64,000 bases of DNA. Source: a virus. The notes below the pieces were generated by a model. That model ran no database searches. It saw nothing but the letters and a program-made list of their open reading frames with translations, and had not been told where the DNA came from. Shown here one piece after another: positions 27,640 through 37,897 of this stretch. A program made the position numbers and the translations under genes. The stretch's first letter is position 1. The number at the start of each line of letters is the position of its first letter. The stretch spans positions 7,807 through 71,806 of IMG/VR virus record IMGVR_UViG_3300025617_000977. The stretch is one strand, 5' to 3'.

Positions 27640-30324
27640 ATGTCCTTGGCTAAAAAGGTCCTAAAACGAGTGTATATGGTTACACTTAAATCAAAAGACG
27701 ACTTAGATGATTTCTATGACGATATGCAAACACCCGGTGGTGCATTGTATATTCCGGATAGGGCAATTGTTACAGCAAACCAAAGACCAAATTCAAGGAC
27801 AACAGAATACTGGCTTACTGATGCAGAAGCAGATTTAGTTAATAACGATGCAAGAGTAAAAGCCGTTGAACTTAACCCTGCAGACCGAGGATTAGAAGTT
27901 GACGAGTTTGAAATCATTGATCAAACCGGAGTGTATGCGAGAAACAGCGGAAATACCAATACAGATTTAAATTGGGGATTACTACGCTGTGTCGACGGAG
28001 AAAATCGGGATGAAGGTGGCGGCAAATGGGGTGCAGGCGATACTGAAGTTACTGCTACTATTCAACTAAATGCTACTGGTCGAAATGTTGACTGTATTAT
28101 TTGTGACGGTAACGGTGTATACACTGGACATCCAGAGTATGACCAACCCTCGGCGATGAACATAGACGACGGTTCGCAAACTAGAATTAACTTAATTGAT
28201 TGGAATCAATTCCAAGATGACATTAATGCTCCAGATAATTATACTTACTCTATCCCAGGAAGTTATCATGCAAATCACGTAATGGGCACTGTTGGCGGTA
28301 ATCGTCAAGGATGGGCAAGAAACGCAAACCTATATAACTTGTATTACTACGCTGGCGATATTGGTAATAGTAACTTTCCTTACGTGTTTGATTATATTAG
28401 AGCATTTCACGAGCAAAAGGACGTTAACCCCGAAACGGGATATAAAAATCCTACTGTAGTAAACAACAGTTGGGGAATGAGTATTTTTCCAACAGAGTGG
28501 TCATTTTCACAAATAACAGCAGTGACTTATCGAGGCACACGATTTGTACCGACCGGTGACAGAGTGTATGACGGTGCATACGGTGTATATACTTCAACAG
28601 AAAAATTAGAGGACTTTACAGGTAATCCTGGAGATGGTCTAGGGCAACGTATTACTACATCCGGAACTGAAGGTACTCCAAATGGTGACTTTGGATCAAC
28701 TCCAGCAGGATGGACACGAACTGGTGGTGAAATACAACTTCAAGTTGCAGAAATTCCTTCTACCCCAATTGTAGTACAAGTGCAAGGACCGGCAACTGTT
28801 CAAGCACAACACAACGTTGCTACACAAGGTATAACAGGCACATCAGAAATTGATCTAAGTTTAACTATTCGAAGTGCTAATAATACTGTAATCGCATCTG
28901 AAACAGATTCACAAACATCAGTTGACGGCGGATTTGTTGAAATTGATCTGAATATCGGAAGCACTACATTACCTAACAACGAAATTTACACTATAACATA
29001 TGAAACTACAGTTACTGAAGGTATTGATCCAACTACATCAGCAGACCTAAATGCTACAATTGTTGGATTCACGGGAGGCGATGCTACGGCTACTGTAACA
29101 TCATTAGGAACACAATCTATTGGAAGTACAGCAACTTTGACTGCAAGTGGCAGTCCTACAGTTGGCAGCGCAGACGATGGATATTGGACAATTAATTTAC
29201 CATTTGATATCACATACCTAAGCGAAAATTATAGTACTATATACATGGGCACAAACAGTTATCTAACGTTTGGCAGCGGCTCCACACAGTATAGTGGCAT
29301 TGACGAAAACACTCCGGCACTACCAAAACTAATGATAGCAGGAGGGGATCGAAAAGGGTTTAGAGTATATTATGGTGCTAGTGGTACTGCTGGATCTAGA
29401 ATATTTAGATTAATTTTTGAAGGACATGTTTCTAACTCAGGCGGTGATGAACTTAATCCTTCTTTAAGATATGAATATAAATTTTACGAAGCAACTCCAA
29501 CTCAAATCGATTTAGTAATTGAAACAAATAATGCATTTGATGCAACTGGTACATTTACTAATGCACAACTTAATAATTGGGGATTTATTTCCGGGCAACG
29601 CATTCCGTCAAGGGTTGCGGCATTAGATGCAGATATCGAAGATGCAATTGATGCAGGTGTTATTACTATCGGTGCCGCTGGTAACGGACGATGGAAACAT
29701 GATGTTCCAGGTGGACCTGATTGGGATAATACATTTGAACTTAACGGATCTAATCCAATTTACTACATGCGGGGGACATCACCAACAGCAAATGACAATA
29801 CAGTAGATGGTGATTATGACATCCCTAATATTTGTGTTGGTGCAACTGACATAGGACTTACTGCTGATTTAGATCGAAAAGTTAGTTTTAGTGACTGTGG
29901 TCCGGGTGTAGATATTTACGCTCCGGGTACATATATTATGAGTTCAAGGACAGGCGGTTCTACAACTGATCCAAGAAACAGTTCGTTTCTAATAGGTAAA
30001 ATATCAGGAACGTCAATGGCCAGTCCTCAAGTAGCCGGACTGGTGGCTTGTATTGCAGAAACATACCCGCACTTTAATCAAGAACAAATGAAAGAGTATT
30101 TGTTAAACAAATGGGCAGAGGATGATCAACTATGGGATGCGGCAACAAATATTCCAACTGATTCAGACGATCTGCAGGGATCACCAAACAAACACGCAAA
30201 ATATAATTACGAACGTCCTTTAACTGGTCTAGCGTATCCTAAAAAGGATTATAATCTAAGACCCGCAACAGGCATTCAATATCCTCGTCCAAAGAGGACT
30301 GTGATTAAGAGACAACCGGAATAG
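27640..30324 (+). CDS. virion-associated subtilisin-like (S8) protease with large internal insertion
   Basis: Asp (IICDG), His (HANHVMGTVGG), NNSWG, oxyanion Asn (AAGN), Ser (GTSMASPQVAG). Confidence 0.88.
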   Translation: MSLAKKVLKRVYMVTLKSKDDLDDFYDDMQTPGGALYIPDRAIVTANQRPNSRTTEYWLTDAEADLVNNDARVKAVELNPADRGLEVDEFEIIDQTGVYARNSGNTNTDLNWGLLRCVDGENRDEGGGKWGAGDTEVTATIQLNATGRNVDCIICDGNGVYTGHPEYDQPSAMNIDDGSQTRINLIDWNQFQDDINAPDNYTYSIPGSYHANHVMGTVGGNRQGWARNANLYNLYYYAGDIGNSNFPYVFDYIRAFHEQKDVNPETGYKNPTVVNNSWGMSIFPTEWSFSQITAVTYRGTRFVPTGDRVYDGAYGVYTSTEKLEDFTGNPGDGLGQRITTSGTEGTPNGDFGSTPAGWTRTGGEIQLQVAEIPSTPIVVQVQGPATVQAQHNVATQGITGTSEIDLSLTIRSANNTVIASETDSQTSVDGGFVEIDLNIGSTTLPNNEIYTITYETTVTEGIDPTTSADLNATIVGFTGGDATATVTSLGTQSIGSTATLTASGSPTVGSADDGYWTINLPFDITYLSENYSTIYMGTNSYLTFGSGSTQYSGIDENTPALPKLMIAGGDRKGFRVYYGASGTAGSRIFRLIFEGHVSNSGGDELNPSLRYEYKFYEATPTQIDLVIETNNAFDATGTFTNAQLNNWGFISGQRIPSRVAALDADIEDAIDAGVITIGAAGNGRWKHDVPGGPDWDNTFELNGSNPIYYMRGTSPTANDNTVDGDYDIPNICVGATDIGLTADLDRKVSFSDCGPGVDIYAPGTYIMSSRTGGSTTDPRNSSFLIGKISGTSMASPQVAGLVACIAETYPHFNQEQMKEYLLNKWAEDDQLWDAATNIPTDSDDLQGSPNKHAKYNYERPLTGLAYPKKDYNLRPATGIQYPRPKRTVIKRQPE

Positions 30325-30337
30325 GATAAATATTAGT

Positions 30338-31027
30338 ATGGCAATTAATTTAGTTAACATAGGTGGCGTAGCAAACGACGGTACTGGTGACGATTTAAGA
30401 GAAGCATTTGTAAAAGTTAATAACAACTTTACAGACCTTGACAATCGAAATCCTGAACAAACAACTGCATCAAACTTAGGGTCAGTTGGTGAAGGCGTGT
30501 TTGCACAAAAGAGCGGTTTCGACCTACAGTTTAAAAAGATTGTTGCTGGCGGCAATGTTACAATTACTGCTGATGCAAATGGCGTTATTATTTCTAGTGT
30601 TGGCGGATTACAACAGTTAGTTGTTTCTACTGACAGCGGAGATATTACACTATCAGAAGGTGATACATTTTCAATTGCAGGTGGTAATAATGTAACTACA
30701 CAAACAACTGGTGCAAACGGTATTACAATTAATTCAGCAACTGAATTAGCATCTGACATTACTCCGCAACTTGGCGGCGATTTAGATGGTCAGAATCGGA
30801 ATATTCGCAACGTAAGAAATGTAGAAAGTTTAGTACATTTAGTAGATGTTCGTGATATTTACGGTTTCAACTTTGGTACTGTTACTGGTAGTGTTTCTAG
30901 TATTATTGAATATTTAGGATCCTCAATAGATATTAATTTAGGAACAATTACACAGCCAGGAGTTCAAGACGACAGTTCAGTTGCTGACTTAACAATTGAC
31001 GTTGGAACTATTACTAATCCTGTTTAG
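30338..31027 (+). CDS. baseplate/tail structural protein
   Basis: VNIGGVANDGTGDDLREAFVKVN N-terminus; DITPQLGGDLD motif. Confidence 0.8.
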   Translation: MAINLVNIGGVANDGTGDDLREAFVKVNNNFTDLDNRNPEQTTASNLGSVGEGVFAQKSGFDLQFKKIVAGGNVTITADANGVIISSVGGLQQLVVSTDSGDITLSEGDTFSIAGGNNVTTQTTGANGITINSATELASDITPQLGGDLDGQNRNIRNVRNVESLVHLVDVRDIYGFNFGTVTGSVSSIIEYLGSSIDINLGTITQPGVQDDSSVADLTIDVGTITNPV

Positions 31028-31072
31028 CACTCTGCCTCCTTTCCGATAAATAGTATATAATAAGGAATCAAG

Positions 31073-33622
31073 ATGGCGACCATTTGGACTCAAAAATCAG
31101 GAACTCAACTAGGGCTATTTGCTGAAAACGAAACGATACGTTTGGCATTTCCCCTAAACACTTCTTCAAATACAATTACCAACGTTGAGGTTATTAGTGG
31201 CAAACTGCCGCCCGGACTACGAATTGAAGGATTGTACATTGTTGGTACTCCATTCGAAGTAGAACGCCTTACAGAATTTAAATTTGTACTTAGAGCAACC
31301 GACTCGTCTAATGCAATCCAAGATAGAACATTTGTAATTTTAATCGACGGTGCTGATGATCCAGAATGGGTTACACAAGGACGTGACGGATTATTAGCAG
31401 TTGATCCAGACTCAAAGTATTTTGTACTTGATAATACTGTACTGGACTTTCAATTGAAAGCAATTGATTCAGACTTACCGGCAGGTGACACACTTGAATA
31501 CTTTATTGCAGATGATGAAGGTCAATTGCCTCCGGGAGTAAGACTTACACCCGATGGAAGAATTGTCGGAGTAGTTGAACCTGTATTAGCACTAGATGCA
31601 AGAGCCGGTAGTGGACACTATGATGCAAATATATACGGCACATTTCCGTTTGACTTTGGAGAACGAAGTGCCAATGGGTTCGATAGTTTCTTTTATGACA
31701 CAAGAATATATGATGATCGTATTCCTACGAAACAGCCTCGTAAACTAAATCGGTTCTACGAATTTATTGTTACTGTTAGTGACGGTGATACTTTTAAAAA
31801 ACGTAAGTTTCAAATCTACTTAGTAGGTGACGACTTCTTACGTGCTGACAACACTAATATGCAATTATCAAACGGATTGTTTAGTGCTGACAACACATAC
31901 TTACGAACTCCGCTTTGGTTAACACCTACCAATTTAGGATTTAGACGAGCAAACAATTACTTAACATTTTTCCTTGATGTATTAGATACTGAAACACTTT
32001 CAGGAAGATTAATTTATACACTTGAAACACTTAATGACGACGGCAGTGAAAGCACATTGCCACCAGGTATGCAACTTGATAGTAGCACAGGTGAAATTGC
32101 AGGGCGTGTACCTTATCAACCAGCAGTTACAAAACAATACAAATTTACTGTTAAAGCAACTCGTGTAGATAATGAATTTTCAGAATTAGCAGTAAAAAGC
32201 AAAACTTTTACTGTTAAGATTTTAGGTGAAGTTGATTCAACTATCAAATTTAATACGCCGAGTAATTTAGGTCAAATTAGTGCAAACTTTATTTCAACCC
32301 TATCAGTAGTTGCTGAAACTACTGTTCCTGATTCAAGATTACTTTATAGTATTACTAGCGGAAGTTTACCTAATGGACTTGTACTCGATATTACAGGAGA
32401 AATTATTGGTAAGGTAAATCAATTTGGTACTGCTGATAATTTAGGACTTACTGTGTTTGATAGTGGTGCTATGACATTTGATGATGCTAAAACTATTATT
32501 GATCGTAAATTTACAGTTACAATAAAAGCAGAAGATAGATTTGGTTACAGTGCAGTTGAGCAAGAGTTTACATTAGAAGTTGTTGATCCTGATGACAACT
32601 TATATAGTAACTTGTATATGCGTCCGTTCTTAAAACAAAGTATAAGAGATAGTTATCAAACCTTTGTTTCAAATCCAAATATTTTCCCACCAGACTTAAT
32701 TTATAGAAGTGGTGATGTTGAATTTGGCGTACAAAAAGATATTAAGATGTTAGCATATGCTGGCATACTTACACAAGACATTAGAAACTATGTTGCCGCT
32801 ACTGCTAGAAATCATAAACGTAAATCCTATAACTTAGGTACTATTAAAAAAGCAGTGGCAAAGAATCCCGGGTCAAATGATATTGTATATGAAGTAATAT
32901 ACATTGAAGTTATTGATCCGTATATGCCGGCAAACGGCAATACTAAAAACTTTATCAAGTCTGGAGAAGGTTCGAAAAAGATCACAGTTGATAGTGTACA
33001 GTTTGAAACATTAGATGACAATACTGCTCTTGGCAGTGGAACAAGCACATTTGATTTAGATGTGCGTGGGGTTAGCAATCCAACTATAGCAATTCAAAGT
33101 ATTGGTAACGATTTAGAAATCATTACAAGATCTGGTAGAGTTGTTTTTCCAACAGTAGGTAATATTGCTGTAACATTGCGATCAGGCGGTGAAGTAGTAT
33201 CAGAACAAACATTTACTATTACAAAAGCAGAGCCTTATAGATTTAGGCCTATTAGTAATACACTAAAAATTGACAGCACAGCCGTACAAGTTAGTCAAAG
33301 TCAAGACAACAAAAAGTATATTTCAAATATCAAAAATATGCGAGATCGTATTAGCGACACTGGTATTACTGAACGAGACTTTTTACCATTATGGATGCGA
33401 ACTGCACAAGAAAATAGTGTACAAGAATTAGGATATGTAACTGCCGTGCCCATTGTATATTGCAAAGCAGGTACAGCAGATGAAATATTATTGAATATTC
33501 AAAATCAAGATTTCGACTTTAAAACAATTGATTTTGATATTGATAGATATGTGGTTGATAGCACAACAGGAACTAGTGAAGATCAATATATACTATTCGC
33601 AAATTACGAACACAACATATAA
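31073..33622 (+). CDS. baseplate wedge-like protein with Ig-like repeats
   Basis: Repeated G.LPPG..L...G.I.G units; C-terminal LPLWMRT...DRY. Confidence 0.75.
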   Translation: MATIWTQKSGTQLGLFAENETIRLAFPLNTSSNTITNVEVISGKLPPGLRIEGLYIVGTPFEVERLTEFKFVLRATDSSNAIQDRTFVILIDGADDPEWVTQGRDGLLAVDPDSKYFVLDNTVLDFQLKAIDSDLPAGDTLEYFIADDEGQLPPGVRLTPDGRIVGVVEPVLALDARAGSGHYDANIYGTFPFDFGERSANGFDSFFYDTRIYDDRIPTKQPRKLNRFYEFIVTVSDGDTFKKRKFQIYLVGDDFLRADNTNMQLSNGLFSADNTYLRTPLWLTPTNLGFRRANNYLTFFLDVLDTETLSGRLIYTLETLNDDGSESTLPPGMQLDSSTGEIAGRVPYQPAVTKQYKFTVKATRVDNEFSELAVKSKTFTVKILGEVDSTIKFNTPSNLGQISANFISTLSVVAETTVPDSRLLYSITSGSLPNGLVLDITGEIIGKVNQFGTADNLGLTVFDSGAMTFDDAKTIIDRKFTVTIKAEDRFGYSAVEQEFTLEVVDPDDNLYSNLYMRPFLKQSIRDSYQTFVSNPNIFPPDLIYRSGDVEFGVQKDIKMLAYAGILTQDIRNYVAATARNHKRKSYNLGTIKKAVAKNPGSNDIVYEVIYIEVIDPYMPANGNTKNFIKSGEGSKKITVDSVQFETLDDNTALGSGTSTFDLDVRGVSNPTIAIQSIGNDLEIITRSGRVVFPTVGNIAVTLRSGGEVVSEQTFTITKAEPYRFRPISNTLKIDSTAVQVSQSQDNKKYISNIKNMRDRISDTGITERDFLPLWMRTAQENSVQELGYVTAVPIVYCKAGTADEILLNIQNQDFDFKTIDFDIDRYVVDSTTGTSEDQYILFANYEHNI

Positions 33623-33653
33623 CACTGATAAATAACATTAGAGAGGATATAAA

Positions 33654-34220
33654 ATGGCAAGTAACATTGATGACGTAAGTATTAACGAATCATTTCCTGT
33701 AGCAGGACAAGATAACGATTCGCAGGGGTTTAGAGATAACTTTTCAGTTGTTAAATCAAACTTCGTAGCCACTAAGGTGGAGATTGAGGATTTGCAGGAC
33801 AACACTGCAAAGAAAAACACTGCAAATAACTTTTTAGGAAATAATATCCTAAATGCTAATCTAGTAAATGTTTCGGAAGAACTTAATGCTGTTGGTACAC
33901 TTCAAGCCTCTCAAGATATTGATTTCGCTAACGGTCCGGTACAAACATTTACATTAGGTGGAGACATTACTCTTACTACTACTAACTGGCCTGAATCAGG
34001 AAAAGTTGGTAGATTGAGAATAATTTTAATTAATGACGGGACCACACGTACATTAACACTTGGTACTGAAGCAGGTTCGACATTAAAATTCCATAATGAC
34101 TGGCCAACTGAAGATAGTACTTTATCAATTGATAACGATGCAAATCCAAAAGTAATTGACTTATGGACATATAACGCTGGCTCATCAATTTTTGTAAAAT
34201 ATGACGGACAGTATTCATAA
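33654..34220 (+). CDS. virion structural protein
   Basis: FPVAGQDNDSQGFRDNF N-terminus; late motif at 33629 plus GAGG SD. Confidence 0.75.
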   Translation: MASNIDDVSINESFPVAGQDNDSQGFRDNFSVVKSNFVATKVEIEDLQDNTAKKNTANNFLGNNILNANLVNVSEELNAVGTLQASQDIDFANGPVQTFTLGGDITLTTTNWPESGKVGRLRIILINDGTTRTLTLGTEAGSTLKFHNDWPTEDSTLSIDNDANPKVIDLWTYNAGSSIFVKYDGQYS

Positions 34221-34444
34221 TGTTTCATCCTCTGGAAGAAAATTTAAGCCAATTTACTACTCCTCAAATTGAGGATAAACTTACAGATCTTTCCAGAAAG
34301 TACACGATGACTAGGAATCCCCAAGTGCAATCTCAAATGATCACTTTAATTGAAATGTATCGAATGGAACTATCAGCCCGATATGCTAAAGAAATGGCAA
34401 ATGACGGCGAAAATGGACTTGACAATCTCATAAATGTAAGTTAA
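34220..34444 (+). CDS. hypothetical protein
   Basis: 74 aa ORF, TAATG overlap. Confidence 0.7.
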   Translation: MFHPLEENLSQFTTPQIEDKLTDLSRKYTMTRNPQVQSQMITLIEMYRMELSARYAKEMANDGENGLDNLINVS

Positions 34445-34447
34445 AAT
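34419..34447 (+). promoter_or_regulatory. sigma70 promoter, probably leaderless, for the DnaE fragment
   Basis: TTGACA-N17-TAAAAT ending 6 nt before ATG 34454; no SD. Confidence 0.7.
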
Positions 34448-34453
34448 AAGTGT

Positions 34454-34975
34454 ATGCTTATGAAAACTGACGAACTCGGTATCCCACGGTTTACAAACAA
34501 AGACTTAATCGATATGATCTATTCAGGTCATGCGGATAAGGTGCATGTGGTGTTGTGCGATGCTAACGATGATGTAGACAAGTTCAACGCCGCTATGGAA
34601 GAACAAGGTCTAGACAAACTACAAAAATATATTCCACTAGATGTAGACCAAAAGACTTTTGACGGTGTATGTCAAGGTGAATGGTTTATGCCTGATGAAT
34701 ACAAGACACTAAACGTACACAACTATATTCTAACAAAATGCAACACACAAGAAGAAACAGCAAGATGTGCTGAAGAACTTGCTGAGTTTGAAGGCAGAGG
34801 TATGATGTCTTTACTACAGTATATGATCTATCTTGTAGACTTTATGCGTGAGAATGGGATTGTATGGGGTGTAGGACGTGGTTCAAGTGTAGCAAGTTAT
34901 GTGCTGTATTTGATAGGCGTACACAAGGTTAATTCAATCCAGTATGACCTGGATTGGAGAGAGTTCCTGAGATAA
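34454..34975 (+). CDS. stand-alone fragment of DNA polymerase III alpha (DnaE-like)
   Basis: R..EEL, GVGRGSSVASYVLYLIGV and L.W.EFL match the DnaE GxGRGS region; stops before the DxD catalytic motif. Confidence 0.8.
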   Translation: MLMKTDELGIPRFTNKDLIDMIYSGHADKVHVVLCDANDDVDKFNAAMEEQGLDKLQKYIPLDVDQKTFDGVCQGEWFMPDEYKTLNVHNYILTKCNTQEETARCAEELAEFEGRGMMSLLQYMIYLVDFMRENGIVWGVGRGSSVASYVLYLIGVHKVNSIQYDLDWREFLR

Positions 34976-35000
34976 GTAAGTATATAATAGGAGAAATGTT

Positions 35001-35354
35001 ATGGCAGTAAAACAAACTGGACGTAAGGTTTATAAATCAATGCAAGGCAAACAAGTTGATATGGACTTACTACGTCAAAAAAACGAACTTACTCCGGCTG
35101 TAGGAAATGCTCGTGTAAATGCACGTGGTGACGAATTAGGCCCAGGCGGTAAGATTATCAAAAAACGCGAAGATGTTCTATCAGAATATTATAGAGATCA
35201 TCCAGCAACGGTTGAAGACGAAGCACCGGTTAAGAAACCTGTACTAGACGAAGCAGGTAAAGATGTTACTGATGATTGGGAAGAACCAATTGCTGAGCCA
35301 GATGTCGAATGGGAAGAAGACGACAATGGCGACTTTGTAAAAAAAGGAAAATAA
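35001..35354 (+). CDS. conserved phage hypothetical protein
   Basis: GKQVDM...AVGNARVNARGDELGPGG; AGGAG SD; TAAGTA at 34973. Confidence 0.75.
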   Translation: MAVKQTGRKVYKSMQGKQVDMDLLRQKNELTPAVGNARVNARGDELGPGGKIIKKREDVLSEYYRDHPATVEDEAPVKKPVLDEAGKDVTDDWEEPIAEPDVEWEEDDNGDFVKKGK

Positions 35355-35792
35355 ATGGCAGATGCAAGTGAAATTGCCGCAGGCGGACCTAAGTTACGTA
35401 CTAGAGTAAAAGCGGCTTCTGTACGTCCTATTCATAATCGAGTAATTGTATCGGGTATGGATTTTGGTGAACAGACTACTAAAGGTGGAATTATTTTAAC
35501 TAGCGATGACGGCAAAGACCGTGGCATTAAACCTCGTTGGGGGAAAGTAGTTTCTAAAGGTCCGTCAAATAACGATCCATATGAAATTGGAGATTACATT
35601 TTAGTAGAACACGGACGCTGGACACGGGGCTATGATCTCGATACAGGTTCAGGTGATGTTGAAACATTGCGTACAGTAGAAGCAGAAAGTATTCTGGGAT
35701 GGCAATCTGAACCACCAGAAGATATTCACTTTGGAAGTTTTAGTGGTGCTGGTTCAACCGACTCGCACCGTCCAGAAGATTTTGTTAACTAA
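35355..35792 (+). CDS. GroES-like co-chaperonin
   Basis: VRPIHNRVIV, mobile loop TTKGGIIL, GKVVSKG, IGDYIL. Confidence 0.8.
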   Translation: MADASEIAAGGPKLRTRVKAASVRPIHNRVIVSGMDFGEQTTKGGIILTSDDGKDRGIKPRWGKVVSKGPSNNDPYEIGDYILVEHGRWTRGYDLDTGSGDVETLRTVEAESILGWQSEPPEDIHFGSFSGAGSTDSHRPEDFVN

Positions 35793-35801
35793 GAGGTAAT
35801 A

Positions 35802-36164
35802 ATGACAAACCCATTTAAAGACATCGACACGTTTGCAACAGCGTGTGACCAAGCACCTAGCACAGAAAACTACGCAATGTATCTTGATTTAATTACAGAA
35901 GAATACGAAGAACTAAAAGAAGCAATTATTGCAAACGATCGTGTAGAACAACTTGATGCACTAGTAGATATTCTAGTTGTTACTATGGGTGCTATTCGAG
36001 CAGGCGGCTTTGACGGAGAAGGTGCCTGGAAAGAAGTAATGGATACAAACTTTGCTAAGATTGATCCAACCACAGGCAAAGTAATTAAGCGTGAAGACGG
36101 AAAAGTATTAAAACCCGAGGGCTGGAAGGCGCCTGAACTAGCGCCGTTTATTGATGTTGTTTGA
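35802..36164 (+). CDS. MazG-like NTP pyrophosphohydrolase
   Basis: LITEEYEEL, DALVDILVV, EVMDTNFAK, REDGKVLKPEGW. Confidence 0.85.
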   Translation: MTNPFKDIDTFATACDQAPSTENYAMYLDLITEEYEELKEAIIANDRVEQLDALVDILVVTMGAIRAGGFDGEGAWKEVMDTNFAKIDPTTGKVIKREDGKVLKPEGWKAPELAPFIDVV

Positions 36165-36324
36165 AGGGTTTGAATGGTATGACTTTGTAGCCATATATGT
36201 GTTTTCACATGTATTATCTACATTGCTACTGATAACACTATTCGGCGGCAACATCATTTCAGGCATTCTCCTTGTCGCGGCTTGGGAAGGCTGGAAAGCC
36301 TATGAAAGATTTCGAGCAAAATAA
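36154..36324 (+). CDS. small membrane protein (56 aa, below ORF-track cutoff)
   Basis: Manual translation MLFEGFEWYDFVAIYVFSHVLSTLLLITLFGGNIISGILLVAAWEGWKAYERFRAK. Confidence 0.55.
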   Translation: MLFEGFEWYDFVAIYVFSHVLSTLLLITLFGGNIISGILLVAAWEGWKAYERFRAK

Positions 36325-36327
36325 TAC

Positions 36328-36356
36328 TTGACATAGTGCCCGTTTTATAGTATAAT
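36328..36356 (+). promoter_or_regulatory. consensus sigma70 promoter
   Basis: TTGACA-N17-TATAAT. Confidence 0.85.
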
Positions 36357-36385
36357 ACTAATGTATAAAATGTAAGGAGTACACT

Positions 36386-36583
36386 ATGTGGACGCTAGTC
36401 TTCATTAACATGATTCTAAATGCTAACTCAGGTTATAAAGAACCTGTAGTTGAAGCATGGTATGAATACGAAAGTATGCGAGAATGCTTTTTAGCAAGAG
36501 ATCAACTGTTAATTGAACTGGGGTCTTTTAGTGGTTATTTCCCAATTAACACACAAGCAGTATGTATAGAAACAAATGAATAA
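36386..36583 (+). CDS. hypothetical protein
   Basis: AAGGAG SD; MWTLVFI...CF.AR...QAVCI. Confidence 0.65.
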   Translation: MWTLVFINMILNANSGYKEPVVEAWYEYESMRECFLARDQLLIELGSFSGYFPINTQAVCIETNE

Positions 36584-36986
36584 AATAGGTATTACATTCT
36601 CATCTTTCGACTTATTTCACAGTGGGCATGTTGCTATGCTTAAAGAAGCAAGAAGCAACTGTGATTACTTAATGGTAGGATTACAAACAGATCCTACAAT
36701 TGATCGACCTGAAAAGAATAAACCTGTACAAAGTGTATTCGAACGTTATGTACAACTCGAAGGCTGTAAGTATATCGACCAGATTATTCCGTATGCTACA
36801 GAACAAGATTTGCTCGATGTACTGTTGACATACAAAGTTGACATGCGATTTATAGGCGAAGAATACAGAGAAGTAGACTTTACCGGCAAACAATTATGTG
36901 TTGACAAAGGCATTGAATTATACTATAATAAAAGACAACATTCATTTAGTACAAGTGGACTAAGAAAGAGGATAGAGCAGGCATGA
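36576..36986 (+). CDS. glycerol-3-phosphate cytidylyltransferase-like (TagD family)
   Basis: FDLFHSGH (HxGH), VGLQTD, KP, R.H.FSTS motifs. Confidence 0.88.
   Translation: MNKIGITFSSFDLFHSGHVAMLKEARSNCDYLMVGLQTDPTIDRPEKNKPVQSVFERYVQLEGCKYIDQIIPYATEQDLLDVLLTYKVDMRFIGEEYREVDFTGKQLCVDKGIELYYNKRQHSFSTSGLRKRIEQA
36901..36929 (+). promoter_or_regulatory. consensus sigma70 promoter for the clamp loader (inside upstream CDS)
   Basis: TTGACA-N17-TATAAT. Confidence 0.8.
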
Positions 36987-37897
36987 AAGAACTTTGGGTA
37001 GAGAAGTATAGGCCTAACACAGTAAATGGTTATGTATTTCGTGATGACGCACAACGAGGACAAGTAAACACTTGGATCAAAGAAAAAACTATTCCGCATT
37101 TGCTGTTTAGTGGTAACGCAGGTATTGGTAAGACAACACTTGCAAAATTATTGTTTAATGAATTAGAAATTAATGATTTAGACATTTTAGAAATTAACGC
37201 ATCTAGAACGAACTCAGTAGACGATGTTCGTGATAAGATTGTAAACTTTGTACAGATGATACCATTTGGAGATTTTAAAGTTGTACTACTTGACGAGGCT
37301 GACTATTTGTCACCTAATGCGCAAGCCGCATTGCGTGGAGTTATGGAAGAATACCATACTACTTCTAGGTTCATTCTTACTTGTAACTATCCTAACAGGA
37401 TTATTCCGGCTTTGCATAGCAGGTGCCAAGGTTTCCATATTGCCAAGATTGATCAAACAGAATTTACTGCTAGGGTCGCTGAGATTCTCATCACAGAAGG
37501 TGTCACTCCAGATTTGGACACTCTCGACACATACGTAAAAGCAACGTACCCGGACTTGCGTAAATGTATTAACACAGTGCAAATGAACTGTATTGATGGT
37601 GCGCTCGTTGCTCCTAAAGAAGGTGACACAGGCGAAGCAGACTACAAGATTGAGATGGTTGAACTGTTTAAAGCAGGTAAAATTAATCAAGCACGTAAAC
37701 TAGTTTGTAGTCAAGTTCGTCCAGATGAGATTGAAGATATTTACAAGTGGATGTATGATAACATAGAACTATTCGGAAATGATGAAAATCAAGACAATGC
37801 AGTGCTAATTATTAAGCAAGGGTTAGTAGATCATACATTGGTTTCTGATCCTGAGATTAACTTAGCGGCGACTATGATTCGCCTGGGACGATTATAA
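36983..37897 (+). CDS. clamp loader AAA+ subunit (RFC-small/gp44-like)
   Basis: LWVEKYRP, Walker A GNAGIGKTT, INAS, Walker B LLDEAD, SRC motif. Confidence 0.93.
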   Translation: MKELWVEKYRPNTVNGYVFRDDAQRGQVNTWIKEKTIPHLLFSGNAGIGKTTLAKLLFNELEINDLDILEINASRTNSVDDVRDKIVNFVQMIPFGDFKVVLLDEADYLSPNAQAALRGVMEEYHTTSRFILTCNYPNRIIPALHSRCQGFHIAKIDQTEFTARVAEILITEGVTPDLDTLDTYVKATYPDLRKCINTVQMNCIDGALVAPKEGDTGEADYKIEMVELFKAGKINQARKLVCSQVRPDEIEDIYKWMYDNIELFGNDENQDNAVLIIKQGLVDHTLVSDPEINLAATMIRLGRL

